A DNA stretch of 64,000 bases, taken from an uncultured Gemmatimonadales bacterium. GTDB taxonomy: Bacteria; Gemmatimonadota; Gemmatimonadetes; Longimicrobiales; Longimicrobiaceae. The notes beneath the pieces were generated by a model that saw only the letters and a program-made list of their open reading frames with translations, was not told where the DNA came from and searched no databases. Below, piece after piece: positions 24,301-33,900 of this stretch (its first letter is position 1; every line of letters begins with the position of its first letter). The position numbers and the translations under genes were made by a program. The stretch lies in NCBI GenBank assembly GCA_963716255.1, contig OY970303.1:2976001-3040000 (forward strand). Reading direction: 5' to 3'.

Positions 24301-24898
24301 CGTACAGCTCGGCCGTCTCGCGCACCATGATCCCCATGGACCATTCGTCGCTGACGATGTGGTGCATGCCGAAGAGCAGCGCCTGTTCCCCGTCGGCGAG
24401 GCGCGCCCGCATGGCGCGCAGCAGGGGGCCGCGCTCCAGGTCGAACAGGCGGGCGTTGGCCGCGGCCACCACGCGGGTCAGGGCGCGCTCGCGGTCGTCC
24501 TCCGCCAGCCCGGCCAGGTCGGCCACGGGGAGGACGACGGGCGAGGGGGGGAGCACCACCTGCACGGGCTCGCCCTCGCCGCCGCCCTCGCGGAACACGG
24601 TGCGGAGCGCCTCGTGGCGCCGCACCAGCTCCCCCAGCGCCAGGGCGAGGGCCCGCGTGTCCAGCGGACCGCGCAGCCGTAGCGACAGCGGCAGGCCGTA
24701 CGCCACGCTCCCGGGCGCCGCCTGCTCGGCGAGCCAGATGCGGCGCTGGGCGAAGGAAAGGGGGAGCGGCCCGCCGCCCGCCGGGCGGGGGCGGACCGGC
24801 GGCGGGCCGGAGCCCCGGGCCTTTTCCTGGAGGATCTTCTGGAGGAGGAGGCGCTTCTCCGGGGAAAGGTGCGCCAGGCGGTCCACGTTGTCGCTCAT
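18305..24898 (-). CDS. Dimodular NRPS (C-A-T)x2, 2197 aa
   Basis: ORF with two C domains (HHIVSDEWS, HHAVSDGWS), two A and two T (GGHSL) domains, and terminal docking-like motifs. Codes by eye DARGLGHVNK and DVENVGGVTK. Confidence 0.96.
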   Translation of the reverse strand: MSDNVDRLAHLSPEKRLLLQKILQEKARGSGPPPVRPRPAGGGPLPLSFAQRRIWLAEQAAPGSVAYGLPLSLRLRGPLDTRALALALGELVRRHEALRTVFREGGGEGEPVQVVLPPSPVVLPVADLAGLAEDDRERALTRVVAAANARLFDLERGPLLRAMRARLADGEQALLFGMHHIVSDEWSMGIMVRETAELYDAFAAGRAPALADPEVQYPDFAVWQREHLGGERLEAQLAFWRARLAGLPPLLDLPTDRPRVASVGTAGGRRSRTFAAQTGHAVRALAQAEGATLFMTLLAAWQLLLGRHAGTGDVAVGTPVAGRTRPEVEGTLGFFVNTLVMRADLSGDPTVRELLARTREAVLGAHANQDLPFDQLVDELHPERVAGGAPLFQVMFSLQRAAEEPVRLGDVGVDSIESPDTAAKFDLSMAAGDPAGEMAATLTFRSALFDGPTVERMLAQYERVLAAMAADPDGRISAIELLSPGERVRVLAEGRGPVTPPDPRPVHERFAARAALAPGAPAVVFPGGTWSYAELDRRSAALAARLRALGVGPDARAGILLERGPGLVAAVLGILRAGGAYLPLDPAYPDERLQLLLRDAGAAAVVTSAGLAGRVRGVPVVDVETPLPPAPSPLVGEGPGVRDRVDARISVDPDNLAYVIYTSGSTGAPKGVLATHRGLSSYLDWFDREVLGEEGFALPLVSRLGFDAHVRQLFPPLLRGEPVWVLPEETATDPAALLDVLAAGGRVSFGGVPSLWSAVLERVSSGEAPAPPGLQAVLLGGEALPAGLAERTFAAFPGVALWNHYGPTEATVNTTAARVEPGRAFGIGRPVGNARVYLLDAYGGLVPEGVPGELYAGGAGVARGYLGRPELTAEKFVPDPFAGEPGARMYRSGDRVRRRADGELEWMGRTDQQVKVRGFRIEPGEVEAALAAHPRVREAAVAARADAAGEARLVGYVVPEAGAAPTAAELRAWLAGRLPGHMVPDVVVELESLPLTSSGKVDRRSLPAPAGPAAEAYVAPRTPTEEILAGIWAEMLERERVGAEDDFFALGGHSLLATRVVTRVRQATGADLSLRAMFEARTPAALAERVDALLRAGAGLLPPPIRHAPRDGPLPLSFAQQRLWFIQRMEPASAAYNLPFPLRLRGALDPRTLRRALTEIVRRHEALRTVFRDTGGDPEQVVLPPAPFPVPAVDLSGLAEPARGREAHRVAAEEMLRPFDLERGPLLRVHVVRVDDAEWLLLGNIHHAVSDGWSTGVLVREVSTLYGAFSRGEPSPLPPLPLQYADYAVWQRGWLRGETLERQVDFWRERLRGAPPLLDLPVDRPRPALPDLTGGDFPFVLPPAELDALRGLARREGATVFVVLLAALQALLARSGAGDDVPVGTSAAGRTRLELEPLIGFFVNTLVLRGDLSGAPTGRELLRRVRETLLEAHAHQDLPFERVVAGLRPERSLAYNPLFQVFLAMVNVDSGELRLGDVEMSGMRTDAYVAQFELALVVSDQRGRVYSTFSYRKELFDESTVERLSAQLRRLVAGMAADPGARVDGIGLLAPEERRAVLAASRGADAGPAPERTLHALFAEAAGRAPGAPAVQVEGGGALTYAQLHARSDRLARFLASRGAGPEAAVGVCMRWSPEMVAAVLAVLKAGAVYLPLDPGDPAERLAYVMGDAGARLLLADASVEGREPEGPWETVRLDVDGERVTAAADDSAPAPGHPAGAAYVIYTSGSTGTPKGVVVEHRAAAAHSLAFAALAGLGAGDRVLQFASAAFDVSLEQLFPTLLAGAALVLRGPEPWSPESFGERARALGITVANLPVAYWQAAAEDAAGGEDAPAPRLVVVGGEAVPSAAVRRWRERFPAPHRLLNGYGPTEAVVTATVHELPEQFPGAWPWPVAPIGGPLPGRAAYVLDGTGEPVADGIPGELYLGGPTLARGYLGRPALTAERWLPDPFSGAAGTRLYRSGDRARRGPGGALEFLGRTDRQLKVRGFRIEPGEVEAALLRHPAVREAAVVAAGEGGAARLVAYLVPAAGREAPAAAELRRGLRGSLPEHLVPAAFVALERLPLTPGGKLDRRALPAPDAGAAAVEHVPPRTPDEERVAAIFAEVLGVERVGAEDHFFDLGGHSLLATRVVARVHREMGVEVPVRVMFEAPTVAALAALAAWLQAARPAPELEEWEVDEEWERLAGLSDEEVRRMLGDG
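22972..23025. repeat. Intragenic fused REP-like long palindrome
   Basis: ccctcacccccggcccctctcccacgaggggggagggggccggggggaggggg, near self-complementary. Encodes [19 protein letters not shown]. Confidence 0.85.
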
Positions 24899-24902
24899 CG
24901 CC

Positions 24903-27900
24903 TCAGCTCTCCGTCGCGCGCAGCAGGCGCATCACTTCCTCGTCGCTCATGGCGGCCAGCTTTTCCATCTCCTCGTCCACCTGCCGGTCGTCCACCACGG
25001 CGGCGGGGGCCGCGGCGAGCGCGCGCTCGGCCAGCTCGGCCACGCTGGGCGCCTCGAACAGGGCGCGCAGCGGCAGCTCCACGCCCATGGCGGTCCGCAC
25101 GCGCGCGACCACCTGGGTGGCGAGCAGCGAGTGCCCTCCCAGGTCGAAGAAGTCGTCGTGCACCCCCACGCGCTCCAGCTTCAGCACCTCGGCGAAGATC
25201 CCCGCCAGCATCTCCTCGATCACGCCCCGCGGCGCCGTGTACCCGCGCGCCTCCGCGGGCTCCGGGTCGGGGAGCGCCAGGCGGTCCACCTTTCCGGTGG
25301 AGGTGAGGGGAAGGGCCTCCACCGCCACGAACGCCGCGGGGACCATGTGCTCGGGGACGCGCTCGCGCGCCCACCCCCGCAGCTCGGCCGCGGCGGGCGC
25401 GCCGCCCGGGGCCGCCGGGACCAGCCACGCCACCAGCCGCCGCTCGCCGGACGCGTCGGCGCGCGGGGCCACCACCACCTCGCGCACGGCGGGGTGGGCG
25501 CGCAGCGCGGCCTCCACCTCGCCGGGCTCCACCCGGACGCCCCGCACCTTGACCTGGAAGTCGCTCCGCCCCAGGAACTCCAGGCTCCCGTCCGGCAGCC
25601 GCCGCCCCAGGTCGCCGGTGCGGTAGGCGCGCAGCGGCCCTCCCGCCGGGTCGGGAACGAAGGCGGCGGCGGTCGTCTCCGGCCGCCCCCAGTAGCCCAG
25701 CGCCAGGTGCGCCCCGCGCACCACGATCTCCCCGGCGCCGTACACCGCGGGCTGCTCCCCGGCCGCGCCCACCAGGAGCACGTCGGTGTCCCGCACGGGG
25801 AGCCCCACCGGGAGGACCGCGCCGCGGGGACCGTGCTCGTGGTCCAGGAACGCCTGGAGGGTGACGGTGGACTCGGTGGGCCCCAGCCCGTTGACCAGCA
25901 CGGCCCCCGCGGGGAAGTGCCGCCGGAACGCCTCCCAGTCGCGCCGCTGCGCTTCCTCGCCGCCGAGCACCACCACGCGCACGGCGGGAAAGGCCTCGTC
26001 CCCGTCCAGGGCGCCGGCCAGGTGCCGGAAGACGGTGGGAGTGGAGTGGTACAGGGTGATCCCCTCGCGCCGCATCCACTCCGCGGCGTCGCCGGCGGGC
26101 TCGGCGCGCCAGTCGAACGGGCGCAGCGAGGCGCCGTTCAGCAGGGCGCCCCAGATGGCCATGACCGCCGCGTCGAAGGTGTACGACGAGAACAGCGTGA
26201 GCACGTCGTCCGGCCCGATGCGCAGGTTGTGCGTGTAGGCGCGGATGAAGTGCAGCACGTTGCGGTGGCTCTGCGCCACGCCCTTGGGCCGCCCGGTGGA
26301 GCCGGAGGTGTACAGCAGGTACGCCAGGCCGTCGGGCGAGCCGGCGGGGGGCGGGGGAGGCGGCTCGTCCTCCGGCGCCCCGTCGTCCAGCACGACCACG
26401 GGGACGCGGCCGGCCGCCAGCTCGCGGGCGCGGCCGGCGTGCTCCGCGTCGGCGAGGAGCACGGCGGCGCCGGAGTCCTCCAGCACCCCCGCGCTCCGCT
26501 CCCGCGGCTGCCCGGGGTCCAGCGGGACGTACGCCTTCCCTGCCCTGAGCGCGCCCAGGATCCCCACCAGCATGGGCGCGTCGTGCGCGAAGAGGAGCGC
26601 GGCCCGCTCCCCCGCCCCGGGGGAGGCGCGCAGCAGGGCGGCGGCGGCGCGGCCGGCGGCGCGGTCCAGCTCGGCGTAGGTCAGCGAGTGGCGCGGCGTG
26701 CGCACCGCCAGCCGCTCGGGGTGCAGCCGCGCCTGCGCGGCGAAGCGGGCGTGGAGGGTCTGCTCCGCGGCGTCCTCCGCCCAGGGGAGGAAGGTGCGGC
26801 CGTCCTCCGGGAGGCCGGGCGCGCGGCGCGCCCCGGGGGCGGCCAGCGGGAGATCGGAGACGCGCAGCCCGGGCCGCTCCACCACGGCCTCCAGCAGCGC
26901 CGCCAGGTGGGCGAGCGCCTCGCCCATGCGCGCGTCCTCGAACAGGTCGGCGTCGTACACCAGCTCCAGGCCGATCCCCCCGGCCGTCTCGCGGGCGTAC
27001 AGGTTCCAGTCGTACCGGGCGGGAGCCTGCCCGCCGCCCAGCATCTCCATCTCCACCCCGGGGAGCGCCGTGGGGCCGGCGTCGGCGAAGTTGAGGAAGT
27101 TGAACATCACCTGGAACACCGGCGCGTGGCTCAGGCTGCGCGCGGGAGCCAGCTCCTCCAGCAGCTGCTCGAAGGGGACGTCCTGGTGGGCGTACGCGCC
27201 CAGCGTCGCCTCGCGCACCCGCCCCAGAAGCTCGCGGAAGGTGGGGTCGCCGCCCACGTCGGTGCGGAGCGCCAGGGTGTTGAGGAAGTAGCCGATCATC
27301 CCCTCCGTCTCGGGGCGGGTGCGCCCGGCGATGGGGGTGCCCACCACCACGTCGGTCTCCCCCGTGTAGCGGGCGAGCAGCGCGGCGAAGGCGGCGAGAA
27401 GCGTCATGAACGGCGTGGTCCCCTCCTCCCTGCCGAGCGCGCGCACGGCGTCGGACAGCGCGGCCGGGAGGTGCAGGGCGCGGGAGGCGCCGCGGTGCCG
27501 CTGCACCAGCGGACGGGGGCGCCCCGCGGGTAGCTCCAGCAGGGGAGGGGCGCCGGCGAGCGCGCCGCGCCAGAAGGCGAGCTGCGCCTCCAGCGTCCCG
27601 CCCGTCAGCCAGCCGCGCTGCCACGCGGCGTAGTCGGCGTACTGCACCGGCAGCTCGGGGAGGGGCGAGGGCCCGCCGCGCACGCCGGCCCCGTACAGCG
27701 CCGAGACTTCGCGCAGCAGCACCTGCATGCTCCACCCGTCGGACACGATGTGGTGCAGGGTGAGGAGGAGCGCCCAGTCCTCGTCCGTGGTGCGCAGCAG
27801 CACGCTCCGCAGCAGCGGCCCGCGCGCCAGCTCGAAGGGGCGCGCCGCCTCCTCGCCCGCCAGGCGGCGGCCGGCGGCCTCGCGCGCGCCGTCGGGGAGG

Positions 27901-30900
27901 CAGCGCAGGTCCACGACGGCCAGGGGTCGCGGACCCGCGGGGAGGATGCGCTGCACCGGCTCGCCGTCCACGTCCGGGAACACGGTGCGCAGCGACTCGT
28001 GCCGCCGCACCAGCTCCGCGAGGGCCCGCTCCAGCACCCGCACGTCCAGCGCGCCGCGCAGCCGCAGCGGGAAGGGCATGTTCCAGGCGGAGGTGCCCGG
28101 CTCCAGCCGGTCGATCAGCCAGAGCCGCCGCTGGGCGAAGGAGACCGGCACGTCGGAGCCGCGCGGGACCGGCAGGATGGGCGGCGGGGGGGCGACGCCC
28201 GCGCGCCACGCCTCGGCCACGCGCTCCGCCATCTGCGCCACGGTGGGCGCCTCGAAGAGCGCGCGCAGCGGCAGCTCCACCCCGAACGCCTCGCTCACGC
28301 GGGAGATCGCGACGGTGGCGAGGAGCGAGTGGCCGCCCAGCTCGAAGAAGTTGCCGTTGGCGCCCACGCGCTCCACGTCCAGCACCGTGCCCCAGATCCC
28401 GGCCAGGATCTCCTCCATGGGAGTGCGGGGCGCGACCCACGCCCCCGCGTCCTCCCCGGCCTCCACCTCCGGCAGCGCCTGGCGGTCCAGCTTTCCGCCC
28501 GGAGTCAGGGGAAGCGTCTCCAGCACCACGACCACGGCCGGCACCATGTACTCCGGCAGCCGCTCCGCCAGCCATGCCCGCAGCGCCGCGCCCGCGCCCA
28601 CGGCCGGCTCGCCCTCCGCCACGGTGACGTAGCCCGCCAGCCGCCGGCCGGCGCCCTCGCCGCGCACGGCGACGGCCGCCTCGCGCACCGCCGGGTGCGC
28701 GGCGAGCGCGGCCTCGATCTCGCCCGGCTCGATGCGGAAGCCGCGCACCTTGACCTGCTGGTCCATGCGGCCCAGGAACTCGATCTCGCCGCGCGCGCTC
28801 CAGCGCGCCCGGTCGCCCGTGCGGTACAGCCGGGACCCGCCGCGCGGCTCCGCCGCGAACGGGTCGGGGACGAAGCGCTCGGCGGTCGCATCCGGCCGCT
28901 TCAGGTAGCCGCGGGCCACCCCCAGACCGCCCACGCACAGCTCCCCCGGCCACCCCACGGGCGCCGGCTCCATCGCGGCGTCCAGCACGTACGCGGTGCT
29001 CCCCGCGATCGGCCGCCCGATGGGCACCGTCCAGGCGTCCTCCGCCACCCGCTCGACGGGGTGCCAGGTGCTGAACGTGGTGTTCTCGGTGGGCCCGTAG
29101 CCGTTCACCAGCCGGCGCGGCGGGCCGGCCTCCAGGCAGGCCCGCAGCGAGGGCGGGTCCAGCGCCTCGCCGCCCACGAGCAGGTGCGTCACCGTGGCGA
29201 AGGCGTCCGGCACCTCGCGCACGGTCTGGTTGAAGAGCGTGGCCGTGAGGAACGCCCCGGTCACTCCCTCCCGCCGCAGCGCCTCGGCGAGCTCCCACGG
29301 GTCGAGCACGGTTTCCCGGTCGATGCCGACGACGCAGCCGCCGTTCAGCAGCGCGCCCCAGATCTCCCAGGTGGCGGCGTCGAACACCGGGTTCGCCAGC
29401 TGCGCCACCCGGTCCCCCGGCCCGAACTGCGCGAAATCGGCGCCGCGCACCAGCCGCACGATCCCCCGGTGCGGCACGGCGACGCCCTTGGGGGTGCCGG
29501 TGGAGCCGGAGGTGTAGATGACGCAGGCGAGGCTTTCGGGGGAGACGGATCCCTCACTGGCGGCGGCGAGGGCGCCCCCACCCGGCTCGCCAAGGCTCGC
29601 CACCCTCCCCCAATCCTGGGGGAGGGCTTCCCGGCCCTCGGCTTCCGGCGTGTCGTGCTCCCCCTCCCCCCTTGCGGGGGAGGGGGCCGGGGGGAGGGGG
29701 GTCTCCAGCGCCACGACCTCTCCCGCGAAGCCCGCGAGCCGGTTCCCCGCGGCGCCGTCCGTCAGCAGCACCCGCGCGCCGGCATCGTCCAGCATGTACG
29801 CCAGCCGCTCCGCCGGGTACTGCGGGTCCAGCGGGAGGTAGGCGCCGCCCGCCCGCAGGATCGCCAGCATCCCCACGACCATCTCCGCGGAGCGCTCCGC
29901 GCACAGCCCCACGCGCGCGTCCGGCCCCACCCCGCGCGCCGCCAGCTCCCGCGCCAGCGCGGCGGAGCGGCGGTCCAGCTCCGCGTACGTCGTCGCCGCG
30001 CCGCCAAAGGACAGGGCGGCGGCGTCCGGGGTGCGCGCCGCCTGCGCGGCGAACAGCCCGGGGACGGTGTGCGCCGGCGCGGGGGTGGCGCCCGGGGCGC
30101 CCCACTCCTCGACCAGCACGCGGCGCTCGCCGGGGGTGAAGAGCGGGATGTCGGCGAGACGGCGGCCGGGGTCGGCGAGCGCGCCCTCCAGCAGGGCGGC
30201 GTAGCGCGCCGCCAGCCGCCCGGCGGTGTCCGCGTCGAACAGCTCGGTGCGGAAGACGATGCCGCCGGCGAAGCGTCCGCCCGCGTCCGTCAGCTCCAGC
30301 GCCAGGTCGTACTTGGCCGCGGCCGCCCCGCCGCCGAACGGCTCCACCCGGGCGCCGCCCAGCGACAGCTCGCCCGCATCCGCCGTCTGGAGCGCGAAGA
30401 TCGCCTGGAAGAGGGGGGTGTGGCCCGCTTCGCGGTCCGGCGCCAGCGCCTCCACCAGCCGCTCGAAGGGGAGGTCCTGGTGCGCGAAGGCGCCGAGCAC
30501 GTCCTCGCGGACGCGCCCTAGCAGCCCCTCGAAGGTCTCGTCCGCCGGTACCCGCGCGCGCAGCGCCAGCGTGTTCACGAAGAAGCCGATCAGCCCCTCC
30601 ACCTCGGGGCGGTCGCGTCCCGCGACGGGGGTGCCGACGACCACGTCGTCCACGCCGGACCAGCGGGCGAGCAGCGCCTGCCACGCCGCCAGCAGCGCCA
30701 TGAACGGCGTGGCGCCCCGCTGCCGCGCCCGGGCGCGCACGCGCTCCGACAGCGCCGCCGGGAGCTCCACCCGCACGGCGGCGCCGCGGCCGTCCGGGCG
30801 CGCGGGGCGGGGCCGGTCGACCGGCAGCTCCAGCAGCGGGGGCGCGCCCTCCAGCCGCCCGCGCCACCAGGCGAGCTGCGCGTCCAGCGCCTCGCCCGAC

Positions 30901-33900
30901 ATCCAGCGGTGCTGCCAGGCGGCGTAGTCCGCGTACTGCACGGGGAGCGGCTCGAGCGCCGGCGCGCGCCCCTCCGCGGAGGCCGCGTACAGCTCGCTCA
31001 CCTCGCGCGTGAGCACGCCGACGCTCCACCCGTCGCTCACCGCGTGGTGAAGGGTGAAGAGCACGGCCCGGTCCTCGTCGCCCAGGTGGAGCAGCGTGCT
31101 CCGCAGCAGCGGCCCCGCGCCCAGGTCGAAGGGGCGCAGCGCCTCCTCGCCGGCCAGCCGCAGCGCCTCGCGCCCGGCGCGGTCCGCGGGCAGGGCGGCC
31201 AGGTCCACCACGGGCAGCGGCACGGGCGCCGGCGGACGGACCCGCTGCACCGGCTCGCCGCCGCTCGCGGGGAAGACGGTGCGCAGCGCCTCGTGGCGCT
31301 CGGCCAGCGCGGCGAGCGCCCGCGCCAGGGCGCGCGGGCGCAGCGGGCCGCGCACGCGCAGCGCGGTGGGGACGTTGTAGGCGGGGCTCCCCGGCTGGAG
31401 CTGGTCCACCACCCACAGGCGGCGCTGCCCGAAGGAGAGCGGGAGAGACCCGCCGCGCGGCACCGGGACCACGGGCGGGACGCGCACCCCGGCGCCCTCG
31501 CGCAGCACCTCGTCCACGCGCAGCGCCAGGTCGGCGAGCACCGGCGCCTCGAACACCGCGCGCAGCGGCACCTCCGCTCCGAACGCCTCGCGCAGGCGCG
31601 ACGCCACCCGCGTGGCCAGCAGCGAGTGGCCGCCCAGCGCGAAGAAGTCGTCCGCGGCGCCCACCCGCTCCACGCCCAGCACCTCCGCCCACACGCCCGC
31701 CAGCACCTCCTCCGTCTGGGTCCGCGGCGCGACGTGGACGCCGGCCTCGCCGGGCGCGCCGGGCGCGGGGAGGGCGCGGCGGTCGACCTTGCCGCGCGGC
31801 GTCAGCGGCATGGCCTCCAGCACCACCAGCGCGCCGGGGATCATGTACTCGGGGAGCCGCCCGGCGAGCCAGCCCCGCAGCTCCGCCGGGGCGAGGGACG
31901 CGCCGGCCCGCGCCGTGACGTAGCCCACCAGCCGCCGGTCGCCCGGGGCGGCCTCCCGCACCACCGCGACGGCCTCGCGCACCCCCGGGTGCGACGCCAG
32001 CGCGGCCTCCACCTCGCCCGGCTCCACGCGGAAGCCGCGCACCTTGGCCTGGAAGTCGGTCCGCCCCACGAACTCCAGCGTCCCGTCCGCCCGCCAGCGC
32101 GCCCGGTCGCCCGAGCGGTACAGCCGCGCACCCTGCTCCCCGCCGAACGGGTCCGGGACGAAGCTCGCGGCGGTCAGCTCCGGCCGGTGCAGGTAGCCGC
32201 GCGCCACCCCCGGCCCGCCCACGTACAGCTCGCCGGGAACGCCCACGGGCACCGGTTCCAGCCGGCGGTCCAGCAGGTACACGCGCCGGTCGCCCACCGG
32301 CGTCCCGATGGGGACGCTCGCGCCGCCGAAGCCGGGCGGGACCACGTACGCGGTGCTGAAGACGGTGCACTCGCTGGGGCCGTAGCCGTTGACCAGCCGC
32401 AGCCCCGGGTGCAGGTCGAGGGCGCGGCGGACGTGCGCCGCGCTCACCGCCTCGCCGCCGGTCATCACCTGGCGCACGTCCCCCAGCAGCTCGGGGCACG
32501 TGTCCACCACCAGGTTGAAGAACGCCGACGTGAGCCAGAGCGTGGTCACCCCGTGCGCGCGCACCTGCCGCCCCAGCTCCTCCGGCTCCGCGGCGCGCCC
32601 CGGGTACAGCACGCAGGTGCCGCCGGTGAGCAGCGCCGGCCACAGCTCCAGCGTCAGCACGTCCCACGACACCGAGGAGTGCTGGAGGAGCACCTGCGCC
32701 TCGTCGAAGCGCGCGTAGTCCGCCCCCCGGAAGAAGCCGGGGATCGCCCGGTGCGGCACCGCGGTCCCCTTGGGGGTGCCGGTGGAGCCGGAGGTGTAGA
32801 TGACGTACGCGAGGTTTTCGGCGGAGACGGCGGGCTCCGGCGCGCCGGCTTCCGCCGTGTCGTGCTCCCTCTCTCCCAGGACCACCTCGCCGCCGAAGCC
32901 CGCGAAGCGCCCCGCCAGGCCGGACTCGGTCAGCAGCACCGGCGCGCGCGTGTCGGCGAGCATGAAGGCAAGGCGCTCGTCCGGGTGCTGCGTGTCCAGG
33001 GCGACGTACGCCCCGCCCGCCCGCAGGACGGCGAGCAGCCCGGCGACCATCGCCGGCGAGCGCTCCATGCACACGCCCACGCACACGTCCGGGCCCACGC
33101 CCAGCGCCGCCAGGCGGCGGGCCAGCGCCGCGGAGCGGCGGTCGAGCTCGCCGTAGGTGACCGTCGCCCCGCCGAAGACCAGGGCGGCGGCGTGGGGGCG
33201 GCGCGCGGCCTGCGCGGCGAAGGTCTCGTGCAGGGGGCGGGGGGCGGGGTCCGCCGCGCCGGTGGCGCTCCAATCGGCGAGGAGCATGCGGCGCTCCGCG
33301 TCGTCCAGGAGCGGGATGGCGGAAAGGGGGAGGTCCGGGTCGGCGGCCATCCCCGCCGCCAGCGCCTCCCAGCGGGCGTGGAGCCGCACCAGCGTGTCCA
33401 CGTCGAACAGCTCGGCGCGGGCCGAGACGCGGCCGTGGATCCGCTCCCCCAGGTCGGTCGCGATGAGGGTGAGGTCGAACTTGGGGATGCCGGCGCCCAC
33501 GCCCAGCATCTCCGTCCTCGCCAGAGAGCCCAGCATCCCGCCCTGCCCGTGGAACGTTTCCAGCGAGAACAGCACCTGGAAGAGGGGCGAGTGCGACAGG
33601 CTGCGCTCGGGCGCCAGCTCCTCCACCAGCCGCTCGAAGGGGACGTCCTGGTTGGCGTGCGCCTCCAGCACCGCCTCGCGCACGCGGGCGAGCAGCGCGC
33701 GCCCGGTGGGATCGTCCGACAGGTCGGCCCGCAGCACCAGCGTGTTCGCCAGGTAGCCGACCAGCCCCTCGGCCTCGCGGCGCTCGCGCCCCGCCACGGG
33801 GGTGCCCACGCTCACGTCGTCGGCGCCGGACCAGCGGGCGAGGAGCGCCTGCCACAGGGCGAGCAGCGTCATGAACAGCGTCGCGCCCTCGGCCCGGGCG

